Below, piece after piece: positions 12,598 to 23,371 of a stretch of 64,000 nt of DNA. This DNA comes from a virus. The first letter of the stretch is position 1; every line of letters starts with the position of its first letter. The translations under genes were made by a program, and so were the position numbers. Under the pieces are notes generated by a model that was not told the origin of the DNA, ran no database searches, and saw only the letters and a program-made list of their open reading frames with translations. The stretch lies in IMG/VR virus record IMGVR_UViG_3300027734_000042; one strand, given 5' to 3'.

Positions 12598-14371
12598 GGA
12601 GATTAAGGTTTTATCAGAAAGAGAGCATATACTTTTAAGACCAACAGTTTATGTTGGTAGTGTTAAACCAACTGATGAAAAGGTTCCTATAATACGCGAG
12701 AACAAGATTTTCGTTGAGTCTAGGACGATTTCAGTGGGAATGTATAAACTATTCGATGAAGTCTTTTCTAACTCATTAGACGAAGCTAAACGCATGAAAG
12801 GAAAGATGAAAACTATCCTTATTGATGTTGACAGTAAAAGTAATTCTGTATCTATTAGCGACAGTGGTAACGGATTCTATAAAGGTACTGATATCAACAA
12901 AGTTAGTGGAAAGACAAACATAGAAACAGCAGTATCACAATTGAGAGCTGGATCTAATTTTGAAAATGACGACATCCAGGAATCTTTAGTTGGTACCAAC
13001 GGAATGGGTGTAAGTTTGGTTAACGTTCTTTCCAAGTATTTTAGTATAGAAACTATTAATGATAAATTCTACTATTTTCAGGAATGGAAGAATTACGAGG
13101 GTAAGGAAGCAAAGATATCCAAGAAAAAAGGTGAAGATAAAACAGGAACTAAAGTTACTTTCGCTCCTTTGTCCGAAGTCTTCGGATATTCTAAATGGGA
13201 TAAGGAGGTTCTTTCTTCTATCCTTATTCTAAAGTATGATCTAATTAAAAGAGATCCGATACTGAGTAATCTAGAAATTAAATTTAGTTGGGATGGAGAA
13301 ATTGTTGATCTTCAACCTAAATTTTTACCTGAAGATTGTTTCAAGATAAACACAGACATAGGACAAATAACTATTTGGGAAAAATACGAGGGATCAGGAT
13401 CATTAAGCTTTGTGAACTCAGCTCTTTGTTCCGGTATACACCAGAAGATATTTAATGATTTTGTTAATACTAAACTTGAAGACACATTGGGACATCACTT
13501 TTACGATTGCCTCATTGTATTAAATCTACCTCCTAAATATGTCAAATTTGGGGATCAAAATAAAACTAGATTCGTAACAACCAGGGAAGAGATCGAAAGT
13601 CTTTTAATGGGCAAGTTTGGATCCAAATTACAAGGATTTTTTAAGACCGACCTTTATTCAAGAGTACTTAAAAAGGTAGAGGAAAGAAAAACAGATGGAT
13701 ATGTAAAAAAGCTTAGATCTGAAAAAAAGAAAGTAAATCTAAAGCATTCACATAAATATTTTCCCGCACAAAAATCAGTAGCAGAAAATCTTTTTATTGT
13801 TGAAGGATTATCAGCAATGGGATCTATATTACAAAAGAGGAATCCAAAAGAAGACGGGGTTTACGCTTTAAAAGGAAAGATAAAAAATTGTAAGAACATA
13901 GGAGATCTTTCAGAGAATAAAGAAATTCTAGAGCTAATGCACATACTAGGTTTAGATCCCACATCTAGAAATACAGATATAGTTGGATATAAAAAAATAG
14001 TAATTGCAACAGATCCGGATCCGGATGGATCTCACATTACCTCTTTACTTATCAATCTATTTTATAAATGGTTCCCAACTATAGTAAAGCATAAAAGATT
14101 AAGCTCTTTAAAAATTCCTCTAGTATCTGTAGGTGACGGAAAGAAAAGAAAGTATTTCTGGGATTTGGATGAATTTAAAGCAGCAAGACCTACAGGAAAC
14201 ATCAGATACCTAAAAGGATTGGGTTCATTATCTTTAGAAGATTGGGAATGGGTAATGGGGGATAAGGAGCTAACTAACATAGAGGAAAGTTTAGATAGCA
14301 AGGATAAATTAGAAATGGCTTTTGGTGATTCTGCTGACGCAAGAAAAAAATGGTTATCAAATGGTAATTAG
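12584..14371 (+). CDS. type II DNA topoisomerase ATPase/TOPRIM subunit (GyrB or T4 gp39+gp60-like)
   Basis: EHILLRP, GHKL motifs NSLDE and GTNGMG, TOPRIM VEGLSA and DPDPDGSHI, YLKGLGS. Confidence 0.93.
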   Translation: MTANKEIKVLSEREHILLRPTVYVGSVKPTDEKVPIIRENKIFVESRTISVGMYKLFDEVFSNSLDEAKRMKGKMKTILIDVDSKSNSVSISDSGNGFYKGTDINKVSGKTNIETAVSQLRAGSNFENDDIQESLVGTNGMGVSLVNVLSKYFSIETINDKFYYFQEWKNYEGKEAKISKKKGEDKTGTKVTFAPLSEVFGYSKWDKEVLSSILILKYDLIKRDPILSNLEIKFSWDGEIVDLQPKFLPEDCFKINTDIGQITIWEKYEGSGSLSFVNSALCSGIHQKIFNDFVNTKLEDTLGHHFYDCLIVLNLPPKYVKFGDQNKTRFVTTREEIESLLMGKFGSKLQGFFKTDLYSRVLKKVEERKTDGYVKKLRSEKKKVNLKHSHKYFPAQKSVAENLFIVEGLSAMGSILQKRNPKEDGVYALKGKIKNCKNIGDLSENKEILELMHILGLDPTSRNTDIVGYKKIVIATDPDPDGSHITSLLINLFYKWFPTIVKHKRLSSLKIPLVSVGDGKKRKYFWDLDEFKAARPTGNIRYLKGLGSLSLEDWEWVMGDKELTNIEESLDSKDKLEMAFGDSADARKKWLSNGN

Positions 14372-14378
14372 ATATATA
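14371..14378 (+). promoter_or_regulatory. putative late promoter class (G/A)ATA(T/A)ATA (representative of about 20 copies)
   Basis: Plus strand 738, 4816, 11519, 14371, 17660, 22492, 27429, 42471; minus strand 1653, 35533, 37247, 39418, 41882, 42434, 44391, 46766, 48759, 52112; resembles T4 late TATAAATA. Confidence 0.8.
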
Positions 14379-14383
14379 CTTTA

Positions 14384-15130
14384 ATGATTTTACGATTAAA
14401 TAACTTTATAGTCGAGCAAGCTTCGGATAATTCTGATAGCCAAGCTAAGACTCCTGTAAAAAATTATTCAGGTAAGTTAAAGATTAATTGGGAAAAACCT
14501 GATCTTGCTGAGGAGATTCATCATTACGATGATAAAGCTAAACTTGAATTTTATCAACACAACATAACTATTGGTAATAAAGATATAGGAAAGACTAGTT
14601 CAAGAGCAACTAAGTTTTATAAATATATTATAGAGCCATTTAGAAAAGGCCACATAGAAGATCTTCCTATAGTTTCAGATAATAAGTTAGACGTAAATAG
14701 CATTCAGAACCTTATGGTTTATGAATATGATAATATAGTTACAGGAGCATACGGTAGATCATACGGAGATGTATTAATCAAAATATCAGATGATCTTAAA
14801 AAGAAAGGTAGTTTAGATCTGCCTTTACCTATAATTATTAAATTCATCAACTTCGGAGAAACTAGAACATCTTCAGAAGATAGCTACTATCTTTTTTCCG
14901 GTAACAGAATCATAAATTTAGCACTTCAATACAATATTCCAATTAAAGCATGGGTTATTGATTTAGTACCTTCTAGAAGAGACGTAAGAGAATTTGCTCA
15001 GAAGTCTGGAGCCACTACTGATCCTGATAAATTTAAGAAAATCTTAAAAAGAGCAACGGGTAAAGATAATCTAGATGATCTAAATGCTAGAGAAAGATTC
15101 AAAATCATCCAATCACTTAAGAATTTTTAA
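14384..15130 (+). CDS. hypothetical protein with capsid-targeting-like leader, weakly ParB/Srx-like
   Basis: Begins MILRLNNFIVE; LPIII...YYLFSGNR segment; GATATATA at 14371-14378. Confidence 0.55.
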   Translation: MILRLNNFIVEQASDNSDSQAKTPVKNYSGKLKINWEKPDLAEEIHHYDDKAKLEFYQHNITIGNKDIGKTSSRATKFYKYIIEPFRKGHIEDLPIVSDNKLDVNSIQNLMVYEYDNIVTGAYGRSYGDVLIKISDDLKKKGSLDLPLPIIIKFINFGETRTSSEDSYYLFSGNRIINLALQYNIPIKAWVIDLVPSRRDVREFAQKSGATTDPDKFKKILKRATGKDNLDDLNARERFKIIQSLKNF

Positions 15131-15144
15131 TTTATATTTGTAGA

Positions 15145-16065
15145 ATGATCTACAAAAATAGAATGGGGTATTGTTGTTTGTGTCTTTCTTTGGAAAAAGA
15201 AGGAGTGACAACTAACAGAGGAATGATTAAGAGAACCTTTATTGAAAAGGGAATATCTTATGTTTCTGAATTAGCAGTTAAAAATACAGAGGATCTAATA
15301 CGTATTATTAGGTTTAATGGTGAAACTGGGATAGACATGTATCGTATGAGCTCCGACATGTTTCCTTGGATGTCTGAATATGAGATAAGTGATTTACCAG
15401 ATTTCGAAAAGATCAGAGAAAATCTTATAACTGCAGGGGATCTTGCTAAGAGCTTTGATCAAAGACTTAGTTTTCACCCTTCTCCTTATTGTGTTATAGC
15501 ATCAGAAAATCCTAATGTAGTTTTAAAATCAATAAAAGAATTAAGACAGCATTCAGAAATAATGGATCTAATGGGATTAGATAGAAGTCACAAGTATCCA
15601 ATTAATATTCATATAAATACTACTAAGCCGTCTAAAGAAGAATCTGCCAACAGATTTATTTATTCTTATAATTTATTACCAGATTCAGTTAAATCTAGAT
15701 TGGTAGTAGAGAATGATGATAAAAAAAGTCAGTTTACCCCTACTGATCTGCATTCTCTTTTGCATTTAAAAATAGGAATTCCAGTAACATACGATTACTT
15801 ACATCATAAATGCAATCCAGATAATCTGACAGAATTAGAAGCATTAGATCTTTGTATTTCTACGTGGCCAGAAGGAATAACTCCGCTAACTCACTTTTCA
15901 GATTCTAGAAAAATATTCGAGGATCAGGGTGCTAAAGAGGTTGCTCATTCAGATTGGATTTGGAGTAAAATAGAAACTTATGACCGAATTTTTGATATAG
16001 AATTAGAGGTGAAGATGAAAGATCTTGCGCTTCTAAAATATATCGAAAAATGGAAGAGGAATTAG
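15145..16065 (+). CDS. uvsE: UV DNA damage endonuclease
   Basis: MGYCC, YRMSS.MFP, RLSFHP, VENDDK, DYLHH, AHSD, EVKMKD. Confidence 0.92.
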   Translation: MIYKNRMGYCCLCLSLEKEGVTTNRGMIKRTFIEKGISYVSELAVKNTEDLIRIIRFNGETGIDMYRMSSDMFPWMSEYEISDLPDFEKIRENLITAGDLAKSFDQRLSFHPSPYCVIASENPNVVLKSIKELRQHSEIMDLMGLDRSHKYPINIHINTTKPSKEESANRFIYSYNLLPDSVKSRLVVENDDKKSQFTPTDLHSLLHLKIGIPVTYDYLHHKCNPDNLTELEALDLCISTWPEGITPLTHFSDSRKIFEDQGAKEVAHSDWIWSKIETYDRIFDIELEVKMKDLALLKYIEKWKRN

Positions 16066-16265
16066 ATCTTACAAAATCAAATTGGGTACAGGAGAATGAA
16101 ATCTACATCTCCGCAATAAAAGAATCTATTGAAGAAAACTATCCAGAGATAAATATTATCGAGGAACTAGGTGAAATAAATTTCACACTAGAGGATTTAA
16201 TAGATAATAAGAAGGTAGTTCATTTTATGGAAAGACTTGAACAAAAATATCCTTCTGGAGTTTAA
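16050..16265 (+). CDS. small acidic hypothetical protein
   Basis: 71-aa ORF overlapping the uvsE end. Confidence 0.6.
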   Translation: MEEELDLTKSNWVQENEIYISAIKESIEENYPEINIIEELGEINFTLEDLIDNKKVVHFMERLEQKYPSGV

Positions 16266-16279
16266 TTAAAAATATCGAT

Positions 16280-17332
16280 TTGAGCAATCATTACCAAACT
16301 CTTGGGGTTTCTGAAGAAGCTGACCAAGAAGAAATAAAAAAAGTTTATCGTAAACTTGCTTTAAAGTATCATCCAGATAGAAATAGTGATGCTGGTGCGG
16401 AAGAAAAATTCAAACAGATATCGGAAGCTTATAAAATACTAAGCGATGCTAATAAGAAGGCTGAGTATGATAGAAAGAGAAAATTCGGGTCTATGTTTGA
16501 AGGAGGATTCGGAGGTTTTGATAACAGCTGGAATTATACAGATCCTTTTGCAAACCATTATTCTCCTGGTGGAGGATTTACTGAAAAAGTAGATCCTAAA
16601 GGCTCTTCCCTAAATATAACTCTCAATCTTAGTCTTGAAGATGTAATAAATGGGGTACAGAAGAAAATTAAGATGAAGAGGGATAAAAAATGTTCCCCGT
16701 GTTCAGGTAGTGGATCTGAAGGAGGTAATTCGTTCCAGAATTGTGGGACATGTAACGGATCTGGATATGTTACAGTAAATAGAACTACAGGATTCGTTCA
16801 ATTAAATTCTGTTAAATCTTGTCATTCGTGTCATGGATCAGGAAGAGTAATTTTAGAAAATTGTCTAAACTGTTTTGGAAAAGGACTTGTACAGATAGAA
16901 GATGTAGTTGATATTAATATACCTCCTGGAGCTGCAGAGAGTATGAATTTTGTAGTTGAAGGAAAAGGTAATGACGGAAAAGGAAACGGAAAATCCGGAG
17001 ACCTTTATGTTAAGGTGAAAGAAGTACCTCACCCTTACTTTATCAGAAGAGGAATAGATATTATTGCAGCAAAACAAATCACATTTATTGATGCAGTTCT
17101 TGGAACTAATATAGAGGTTGAAATGCCATCAGGTGAAAATGTTAAGGCAGTAGTAGATCCCGGAACTATTCCTGGTACAGTACTTAGATTTGGTCAAAAG
17201 GGTATACCTAATTTAGGATACGGTGGTGTTGGTGATTTTCTAATAGAACTTAATGTAAGAATACCCGATAATCTAACAGAGGAGCAAAAGGAATTTCTTA
17301 TTGAATTAAAAGACAACGAAATATTTAACTAG
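16280..17332 (+). CDS. dnaJ: DnaJ chaperone (class A)
   Basis: J-domain HPD, G/F region, four CxxCxGxG repeats, C-terminal domain; TTG start. Confidence 0.95.
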   Translation: MSNHYQTLGVSEEADQEEIKKVYRKLALKYHPDRNSDAGAEEKFKQISEAYKILSDANKKAEYDRKRKFGSMFEGGFGGFDNSWNYTDPFANHYSPGGGFTEKVDPKGSSLNITLNLSLEDVINGVQKKIKMKRDKKCSPCSGSGSEGGNSFQNCGTCNGSGYVTVNRTTGFVQLNSVKSCHSCHGSGRVILENCLNCFGKGLVQIEDVVDINIPPGAAESMNFVVEGKGNDGKGNGKSGDLYVKVKEVPHPYFIRRGIDIIAAKQITFIDAVLGTNIEVEMPSGENVKAVVDPGTIPGTVLRFGQKGIPNLGYGGVGDFLIELNVRIPDNLTEEQKEFLIELKDNEIFN

Positions 17333-17334
17333 CT

Positions 17335-17658
17335 ATGACATTTATATTTTATATCCTTGCAGTTTGGGGTCTAACCCATATACTAGTATCCGCTAAGATT
17401 TTTGATGGATTTAGAAATTGGCTTTTGATATCTTTGCCTTTCTTTGGTGAAATGCTTAACTGTTATCAGTGTACTTCATTTTGGGCTTCTATTGTTTTAT
17501 ATTTCTTTTTTAACGATCTACATATAGATGCTGTGTCTTTCCATGTTATGAATGGATATAGAATAGGCGCTGATTGTTTCTTGTGGGGTTTTATTGGATC
17601 GGGTGTGGTATCCTTTATGTCGGTAATTATGTCGCTTCTGATAAAAAGGAATAAATGA
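17335..17658 (+). CDS. small membrane protein (DUF1360-like)
   Basis: Hydrophobic segments with CYQCTSFW. Confidence 0.6.
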   Translation: MTFIFYILAVWGLTHILVSAKIFDGFRNWLLISLPFFGEMLNCYQCTSFWASIVLYFFFNDLHIDAVSFHVMNGYRIGADCFLWGFIGSGVVSFMSVIMSLLIKRNK

Positions 17659-17671
17659 TGATATATAGAGC

Positions 17672-19072
17672 ATGAATAAGAAAGTTCTATCATTCAATAA
17701 ATTTAACGAACAGGTTGACATTTTAGCCGGTTCGACTGGATCTCCTACACCGGATCCTGCATCTGATACTCCAGGAACGCAAAGACCCGAAAGTGAAAGG
17801 GAGGCAAAATCGAGAATTGCAACATCAATAATTAAAGGTCTTTTCGGTGATATAGAGGGTTTAACTGGTGGTGTCGATAATCAAATCGAGATGACCAAGG
17901 AGGTTAAAGATTCCCTTCCTTATAAAGGATGTGGAGCAAGTGATCCATATAAATTAGAAAAAACACCAATATCTCTTGCTACTATTAAGATCTTATTAAA
18001 TTATCTACAAGAGAAAAAAGCGGGAGATTATACAAGAGCTATAAATGAGCTTAAAGAAAAAAGAGCTATAGTACTTGGTATTAGAAATAAGCTAAACGTT
18101 AAAAAAGAATCTTCTAACCAAGATAGATTCTGTGATGCCTTATATTTTATACCAGGAAATGCTAATGATGGAACAGAATCATCAGCTGGTACAACAGGAT
18201 CTACCGGATCTACCGGAGCTACAGGAGCTACAGGATCTACAGGAGCAAAAGAAAGTTTAGATTGGTCTAGTATAATTGAGCAGATCGAGATTAATACTAA
18301 TTCTAAAGTTCTTTCTTTTGAGAATTTTTATTCTTTAAACGAAGAGGAATCTGTTTTCGATAAGATCAAAAAGATAACTGATCCAAAATCTAATGCAGCA
18401 GCTACTGGAGCAGCTACTGGAGCAGCTACAGGACCGGCCCCTTCTGCAGCTACAGGACCAGTTCTTCCTGTAAGTTTAGGAGACACCTTTATTCCATATC
18501 AAATTACAACTGTACCTAGCTTAGCTTTTTATGGTAAAAAACCACTTAATCCTAAAGGTGTAGGTATTAAAATGCCAGGAGATACTCTTTATATCCTACA
18601 GGAATCAACTTTAGGTCACGGAAAATATAAAATGATGGTGGAGGGTGAGAAAATCAAAGTAGGTAGATACCCAATAGGAGTTACTAAATACGAGAGTTAT
18701 AAACCTGCAGAGATTTACACAGAAAATTGCGGTATGCAAATACACAGATCTTCAACTAAAGGAGAGGGTGTTTGTGTAGGACCTTGGTCTGGAGGATGTC
18801 AAGTATTTAGTAATTACGATGAATTTAAAGATTTTATATCTAAGGCTGAAAAAGAAACGATGAATGCTACTAAATTCATTTATGCCCTTATACAATTGGA
18901 CGATATTCCCGATGAAGTAATGAAGTCTGCAATGATAGGTATGGTATATTCCCCAAGTCAGGTTACAGCTTCTACTGAACCAGCAACAGGATCTACTGGT
19001 TCAGCAACAGGATCTACAGGGACAGCAAAAGCTGGAGGATTAAAAAATCTAGGAAGAATCACCGAGGATTAA
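17672..19072 (+). CDS. putative virion protein with L,D-transpeptidase-like (YkuD-type) catalytic motif
   Basis: QIHRSS...WSGGCQV His/Cys motif; Gly-Thr linkers; leader MNKKVLSFNKFNE; GATATATA at 17660-17667. Confidence 0.6.
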   Translation: MNKKVLSFNKFNEQVDILAGSTGSPTPDPASDTPGTQRPESEREAKSRIATSIIKGLFGDIEGLTGGVDNQIEMTKEVKDSLPYKGCGASDPYKLEKTPISLATIKILLNYLQEKKAGDYTRAINELKEKRAIVLGIRNKLNVKKESSNQDRFCDALYFIPGNANDGTESSAGTTGSTGSTGATGATGSTGAKESLDWSSIIEQIEINTNSKVLSFENFYSLNEEESVFDKIKKITDPKSNAAATGAATGAATGPAPSAATGPVLPVSLGDTFIPYQITTVPSLAFYGKKPLNPKGVGIKMPGDTLYILQESTLGHGKYKMMVEGEKIKVGRYPIGVTKYESYKPAEIYTENCGMQIHRSSTKGEGVCVGPWSGGCQVFSNYDEFKDFISKAEKETMNATKFIYALIQLDDIPDEVMKSAMIGMVYSPSQVTASTEPATGSTGSATGSTGTAKAGGLKNLGRITED

Positions 19073-19089
19073 AAAATCTAGGAAGAATC
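19035..19089 (+). repeat. 26-bp direct repeat (period 29) across the stop codon
   Basis: GAGGATTAAAAAATCTAGGAAGAATC at 19035 and 19064. Confidence 0.9.
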
Positions 19090-19143
19090 CTATAATAGAA
19101 ACTTTATTCATTAATTACCGTACAAAAAGTAAAGGTAATTTTA

Positions 19144-20553
19144 GTGAGTAATACAATAACAATATCAGATCAGATCAATACTGATTATAGGAAATATGCT
19201 CTGTATGTAATACAAAGCAGAGGTATTCCTAATTTCTACGATGCTTTAACTCCTGTTCAAAGATTAATACTTCAAAATTCACCAAGCATTTTTAAAAAGA
19301 CTGTTGGTGTAATTGGTGAAGTATTTAGTACAGGACTCTATCACCACGGGGATTCTTCTATGGCTCAGGCAATATCTAAATTAGCTAGACCTTTCTCGTG
19401 TTCAGATCAGATATTATTAGGAGATGGATTTTTTGGTACTCCAGTAAATCCGGTACCTTCTGCTCCCAGATATACTCAAGTAAAAATATCTCCGAAGTAT
19501 AAGGACATTATAGAAAAATACAAGGATCTTAATATTCCTAACGAGGAAGGGGGATTTGATTGGATCCATGTTGATTATCCAGTTGGTATATCAACACATA
19601 TAGTTGGTATTGCTGTTGGATATAAATCTAATATCCTACCAAGAAAGCCTGAGGAGATCGTTACATATCTAGAAGGGAATAAAACTAAAAAGCTAAAACC
19701 ATATTTCAGGGGGTTTAAAGGAAAGATATCAAAGATGGATTCTTTAAGATCCGCTTGGTTAATAGAGGGTGATGTCGAAATGGACTTAGCAACTAGAACA
19801 TTTAAGATTAATTCTATTTCTCCTTTACAAAGATATGAGTCTTTCTTTATTAGGTTAAATAGCTTATTAGAAAGAAGTGGCATTAATTACAAGATGGATA
19901 ATTTCTCTACGGAGGATGTTAAAATATCAATAAAATTTAGATGTACAGATCAAGAATTTAAAGACATATGTTTTCTTGTAGCAAAGGAAACTAAACAGAT
20001 TGTCACAGAAAATATTGTATTTGTTAGAGATGGAAGTGTTTTAGAGTATGAATGTATAGAAGACTATTTAGAAGATTTTATTGTTCACAGAGAGCTAACA
20101 ATATTAAAAAGATTTGAAAGGGATCTATTATATTTACAGAATGATCTAGAATTTTTAGAAGCTAAGCTAAAATTCCTAACATTCATGTCGGATAAGAAAA
20201 GATCGTCAGAGGAAGTTGACAAATTTCTTTCTAGTTATAAGAGGGAGATATCAAGAAGGCTTGAATCGATACCACTAACTAAATTGACAAAAGAGGAAAT
20301 AATTAAGACTTCTGAAGAAATTAAATCAATAAAAGAGGCTATAAAGAATAAGATCCAGGAGATAAAAGTTCAAAAGACTAAATCTAAAGGAGCGGAGAAA
20401 TACCATGCTTCTTTAGGAAGGAAAAATTCAAAAACAACTTCTTTATTAGGAGACGTTAAGGAGGAATTTCACAACGGAATTAGAATTTTTGACTTGGAAG
20501 AAATAGAAGAAGAAACAGAAGAAACAACTGAATTAAATATAGAAAATGAGTAA
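19144..20553 (+). CDS. type II DNA topoisomerase cleavage subunit (GyrA or T4 gp52-like)
   Basis: DALTPVQR, YHHGDSS, active-site SAPRYT. Confidence 0.93.
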   Translation: MSNTITISDQINTDYRKYALYVIQSRGIPNFYDALTPVQRLILQNSPSIFKKTVGVIGEVFSTGLYHHGDSSMAQAISKLARPFSCSDQILLGDGFFGTPVNPVPSAPRYTQVKISPKYKDIIEKYKDLNIPNEEGGFDWIHVDYPVGISTHIVGIAVGYKSNILPRKPEEIVTYLEGNKTKKLKPYFRGFKGKISKMDSLRSAWLIEGDVEMDLATRTFKINSISPLQRYESFFIRLNSLLERSGINYKMDNFSTEDVKISIKFRCTDQEFKDICFLVAKETKQIVTENIVFVRDGSVLEYECIEDYLEDFIVHRELTILKRFERDLLYLQNDLEFLEAKLKFLTFMSDKKRSSEEVDKFLSSYKREISRRLESIPLTKLTKEEIIKTSEEIKSIKEAIKNKIQEIKVQKTKSKGAEKYHASLGRKNSKTTSLLGDVKEEFHNGIRIFDLEEIEEETEETTELNIENE

Positions 20554-21313
20554 GAAAACACCAACTTTAAATTTTAAAATTACTAACTCAAACAATTTTA
20601 TAGCATTTCTTAAAAAGCTAAAACTTGTTGACAAGAGTGTTCCCCTGGAGATTGAAGGAAGCAATTTATTTGCTAAAGTTAGAACGCCAGATAAATCTGT
20701 AATCAAATATGTTAACGTAGACACCAATGATATACTAGAAGGCGAATTTCCGTCCAATCGATTAAAGATAGGAGTTCTTGAGATTAGTAAATTAATTGAT
20801 GTGTTTAAATACTTTGGACCAGAGGAAGAACTTAATCTTATCGTGGAATCACAGCCTTATGAGGGATATTTAATTGCTACAAGTCTTAAGTTTTCGTCAT
20901 CGTCTTTAAACATTTTTGTTAAATGTGCTGATATTAGTCTATTAGCATATATTGATGATAACATTCAAAAATCAATACACTCCACAGAAGGATCTGAAGT
21001 TAATTTTGAAATATCAAAAGAGAGCTTTCAGAAGATATCTTCATTAACAGGTATCGAAACGAACAATGAGGAATTACTTAACTTCGACATTGAGGAAAAT
21101 GGAGTAACCATTAGAGGTAACTCATTCCAGTATCAAATCATTAAGGGAAAAACCCCTAATGGATTTACTTCACCTAGCGTATACACAATCTATAAAAATC
21201 AATTCTCTTACATAGATCAAGAAAGCTCTGAAATTCATTTTCACGAGAATAGAATTCTTGTTAAATCAACTGAGTCTGATTCAATGATTGCAATAGGGTT
21301 AGTGGAAATATAA
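20546..21313 (+). CDS. putative sliding clamp (gp45/PCNA-like)
   Basis: 255-aa alpha/beta protein with two-domain periodicity, directly upstream of the polymerase C-terminal subunit. Confidence 0.55.
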   Translation: MSKKTPTLNFKITNSNNFIAFLKKLKLVDKSVPLEIEGSNLFAKVRTPDKSVIKYVNVDTNDILEGEFPSNRLKIGVLEISKLIDVFKYFGPEEELNLIVESQPYEGYLIATSLKFSSSSLNIFVKCADISLLAYIDDNIQKSIHSTEGSEVNFEISKESFQKISSLTGIETNNEELLNFDIEENGVTIRGNSFQYQIIKGKTPNGFTSPSVYTIYKNQFSYIDQESSEIHFHENRILVKSTESDSMIAIGLVEI

Positions 21314-21314
21314 T

Positions 21315-22484
21315 ATGGAAGAACTAGATTATTCATCAATGGGTCTTGATGAGTTAAAAGAAAGACTCGCAATTTTAAAGCAACAATCTTCTGATTTCTA
21401 TAATACTGAACAGGGAATTAAATTAACTCTTAACAGTATATACGGAGCGACAGGAAATCAGTATTTTGCTATGTTCAACACCGATGTTGCAGAAAGCGTA
21501 ACATTACAGGGACAGGATATTTGGAAATTTGCTGAGAAGATAGTTAACAGATATTTTAATGACATGTGGCATCTAGATACTGAGCTACATGAAAAAATGG
21601 AAGTTAAGAATGTAAGGAAGCTTAATCTAGATTTTATCATCTACGGAGATACCGATTCCAATTATATCAACCTTGGTGCAGTAATGGACTCTTGCGAGTT
21701 TAATTACGAAGCTTATGAATTTGTCAAAAGACTTAATGAGTTCAGATTAAAGGAATATATTAAGAAATGCTATGATATCTATGCTACTAAATGGAATACT
21801 GATAACTATCAGGATTTTGAGCTTGAGAGCTTATCATATGCAGGTATTTTCTTAGGTAAAAAGAAATACGTACTTCACATCGCATGGCAAGATCCGAATA
21901 AGGATCTATTTCCTAGACTTTCTAAAATTAAATCTACCGGTATTGAATTAGCTCAGGGAGGTACTGCTCCTTTTGCTAGAGAGAAGCTTACGTTCCTTTT
22001 AAGACACATTTTCGAGAAAGGTAAGGATTTTGATATACGGGAGTTCGTTAAGATCTTAAAGGACATTAAAAATGAGTTTAAGATACAGAAGCCTGATCAA
22101 ATCTCTATCGGTACTTCAGTTAACAACATAGAAAAGTTCATTGTTAATGATACTACTAATTTCGAGGTAGCAAAAGGATGTCCAATGCACGTTAGAGCTG
22201 CAGGATATCACAATTATATTCTTAATAACTCCAAGCATAAAGCCAAGTACAGCTTAATCAGATCATCAGAAAAGATTAAGTTCTATTATGTTAAGGTTAA
22301 CAACGAAAGAGAAAATAATGTATTTGGATATCTTAATGGATCATACCCATACGAATTAGCTCCTCCCGTAGATTTTGACGAGCAATTTAACAGAGTTATT
22401 CTAGATCCTATCAATAGATTCATTGAAGCGATGGGATATACTCCTCTTTCTCCGAACCTTCTTCTAGTAAGAGCCTTATTTTAA
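21315..22484 (+). CDS. family B DNA polymerase, C-terminal subunit (motifs B and C, thumb)
   Basis: KLTLNSIYG, YGDTDS, KKKY, KSTGIE. Confidence 0.92.
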   Translation: MEELDYSSMGLDELKERLAILKQQSSDFYNTEQGIKLTLNSIYGATGNQYFAMFNTDVAESVTLQGQDIWKFAEKIVNRYFNDMWHLDTELHEKMEVKNVRKLNLDFIIYGDTDSNYINLGAVMDSCEFNYEAYEFVKRLNEFRLKEYIKKCYDIYATKWNTDNYQDFELESLSYAGIFLGKKKYVLHIAWQDPNKDLFPRLSKIKSTGIELAQGGTAPFAREKLTFLLRHIFEKGKDFDIREFVKILKDIKNEFKIQKPDQISIGTSVNNIEKFIVNDTTNFEVAKGCPMHVRAAGYHNYILNNSKHKAKYSLIRSSEKIKFYYVKVNNERENNVFGYLNGSYPYELAPPVDFDEQFNRVILDPINRFIEAMGYTPLSPNLLLVRALF

Positions 22485-22514
22485 TAATAGGGATATATAG
22501 AAGAAAACATTAAA

Positions 22515-22952
22515 ATGACTTTCGACGAATATAAAGAAACTGGCGCATTTGTACCTAGCGATTTAGAGATTAACGTTAAAACACTAGGATCTTCTAACGA
22601 TATAAACGATCACTTTATAAATTTATTGGTTTTCCAAGCACAGCTTAAAATTATGCACTGGGGAACGGAATCCTATGCGCAGCACAATGCTTATGGTATG
22701 ACTTATGAATCTATATCTGAAGGATTAGATGCTTTAGTTGAATCATATCAAGGTTACAACTCAAGAATAAACTTTGGCGGTACTTTTGAATTTGGAAGTT
22801 TTGGATCTGTTGATCCTATGCAATGGCTAAAATCTATTCTTGATTGTTTAAATGCAATGAGAGAAATGTTTGATAAGTCTGATCTTCAGAATTTAACTGA
22901 TGAGCTTATCGCTTCTGTTTCTAAATTAATGTATCTTCTTTCTCTTAAATAA
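22515..22952 (+). CDS. ferritin/Dps-like four-helix protein (DUF5856-like)
   Basis: MHW.T.SYAQH.A....YE....LD.LVESYQG, ending YLLSLK; GATATATA at 22492-22499. Confidence 0.7.
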   Translation: MTFDEYKETGAFVPSDLEINVKTLGSSNDINDHFINLLVFQAQLKIMHWGTESYAQHNAYGMTYESISEGLDALVESYQGYNSRINFGGTFEFGSFGSVDPMQWLKSILDCLNAMREMFDKSDLQNLTDELIASVSKLMYLLSLK

Positions 22953-23012
22953 ATACATTGCGAAACTTACCTTTCTCATAGAGATATAAAAGTAAAGGTA
23001 AAACACTCAAAA

Positions 23013-23369
23013 ATGTCATTTAACAAAAGGTTTTTCAACTGGGAAAAAATTAAAGATTACGCTGGGGGTACACGGGATTTTCGTAGTTTTGATAATTGGA
23101 TGCTTGGTCCGGATGCTTATTTTCTAAATGATACTGAATCTTCTGATTTTTTAAAATCATACTCTCCATTAAAAGAAGACCTTAGATCTCTATTCTTTGA
23201 AGCTTTTAAAGAGGGAGATGATTTTATATTCGATCTTGTTAAGCTTCTAAGAGTTACTAATAATAAAAACAACGAGGAAAATCATATTGAACCTGTCGAG
23301 AAGTATAAATTGCTTTTCTCTGAGAAATGGGGAATCAAGTATGAGCAATACAAAAATTTAATTCAATAA
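23013..23369 (+). CDS. hypothetical protein
   Basis: 118-aa ORF after the GAAACT promoter at 22962. Confidence 0.65.
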   Translation: MSFNKRFFNWEKIKDYAGGTRDFRSFDNWMLGPDAYFLNDTESSDFLKSYSPLKEDLRSLFFEAFKEGDDFIFDLVKLLRVTNNKNNEENHIEPVEKYKLLFSEKWGIKYEQYKNLIQ

Positions 23370-23371
23370 AA

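Noticed and set aside
19020-19072. C-terminus AGGLKNLGRITED as a tenth copy of the C-terminal tag
   Set aside because: Lacks the double hydrophobic position and the final Gly, and the end is altered by a local duplication; not counted.
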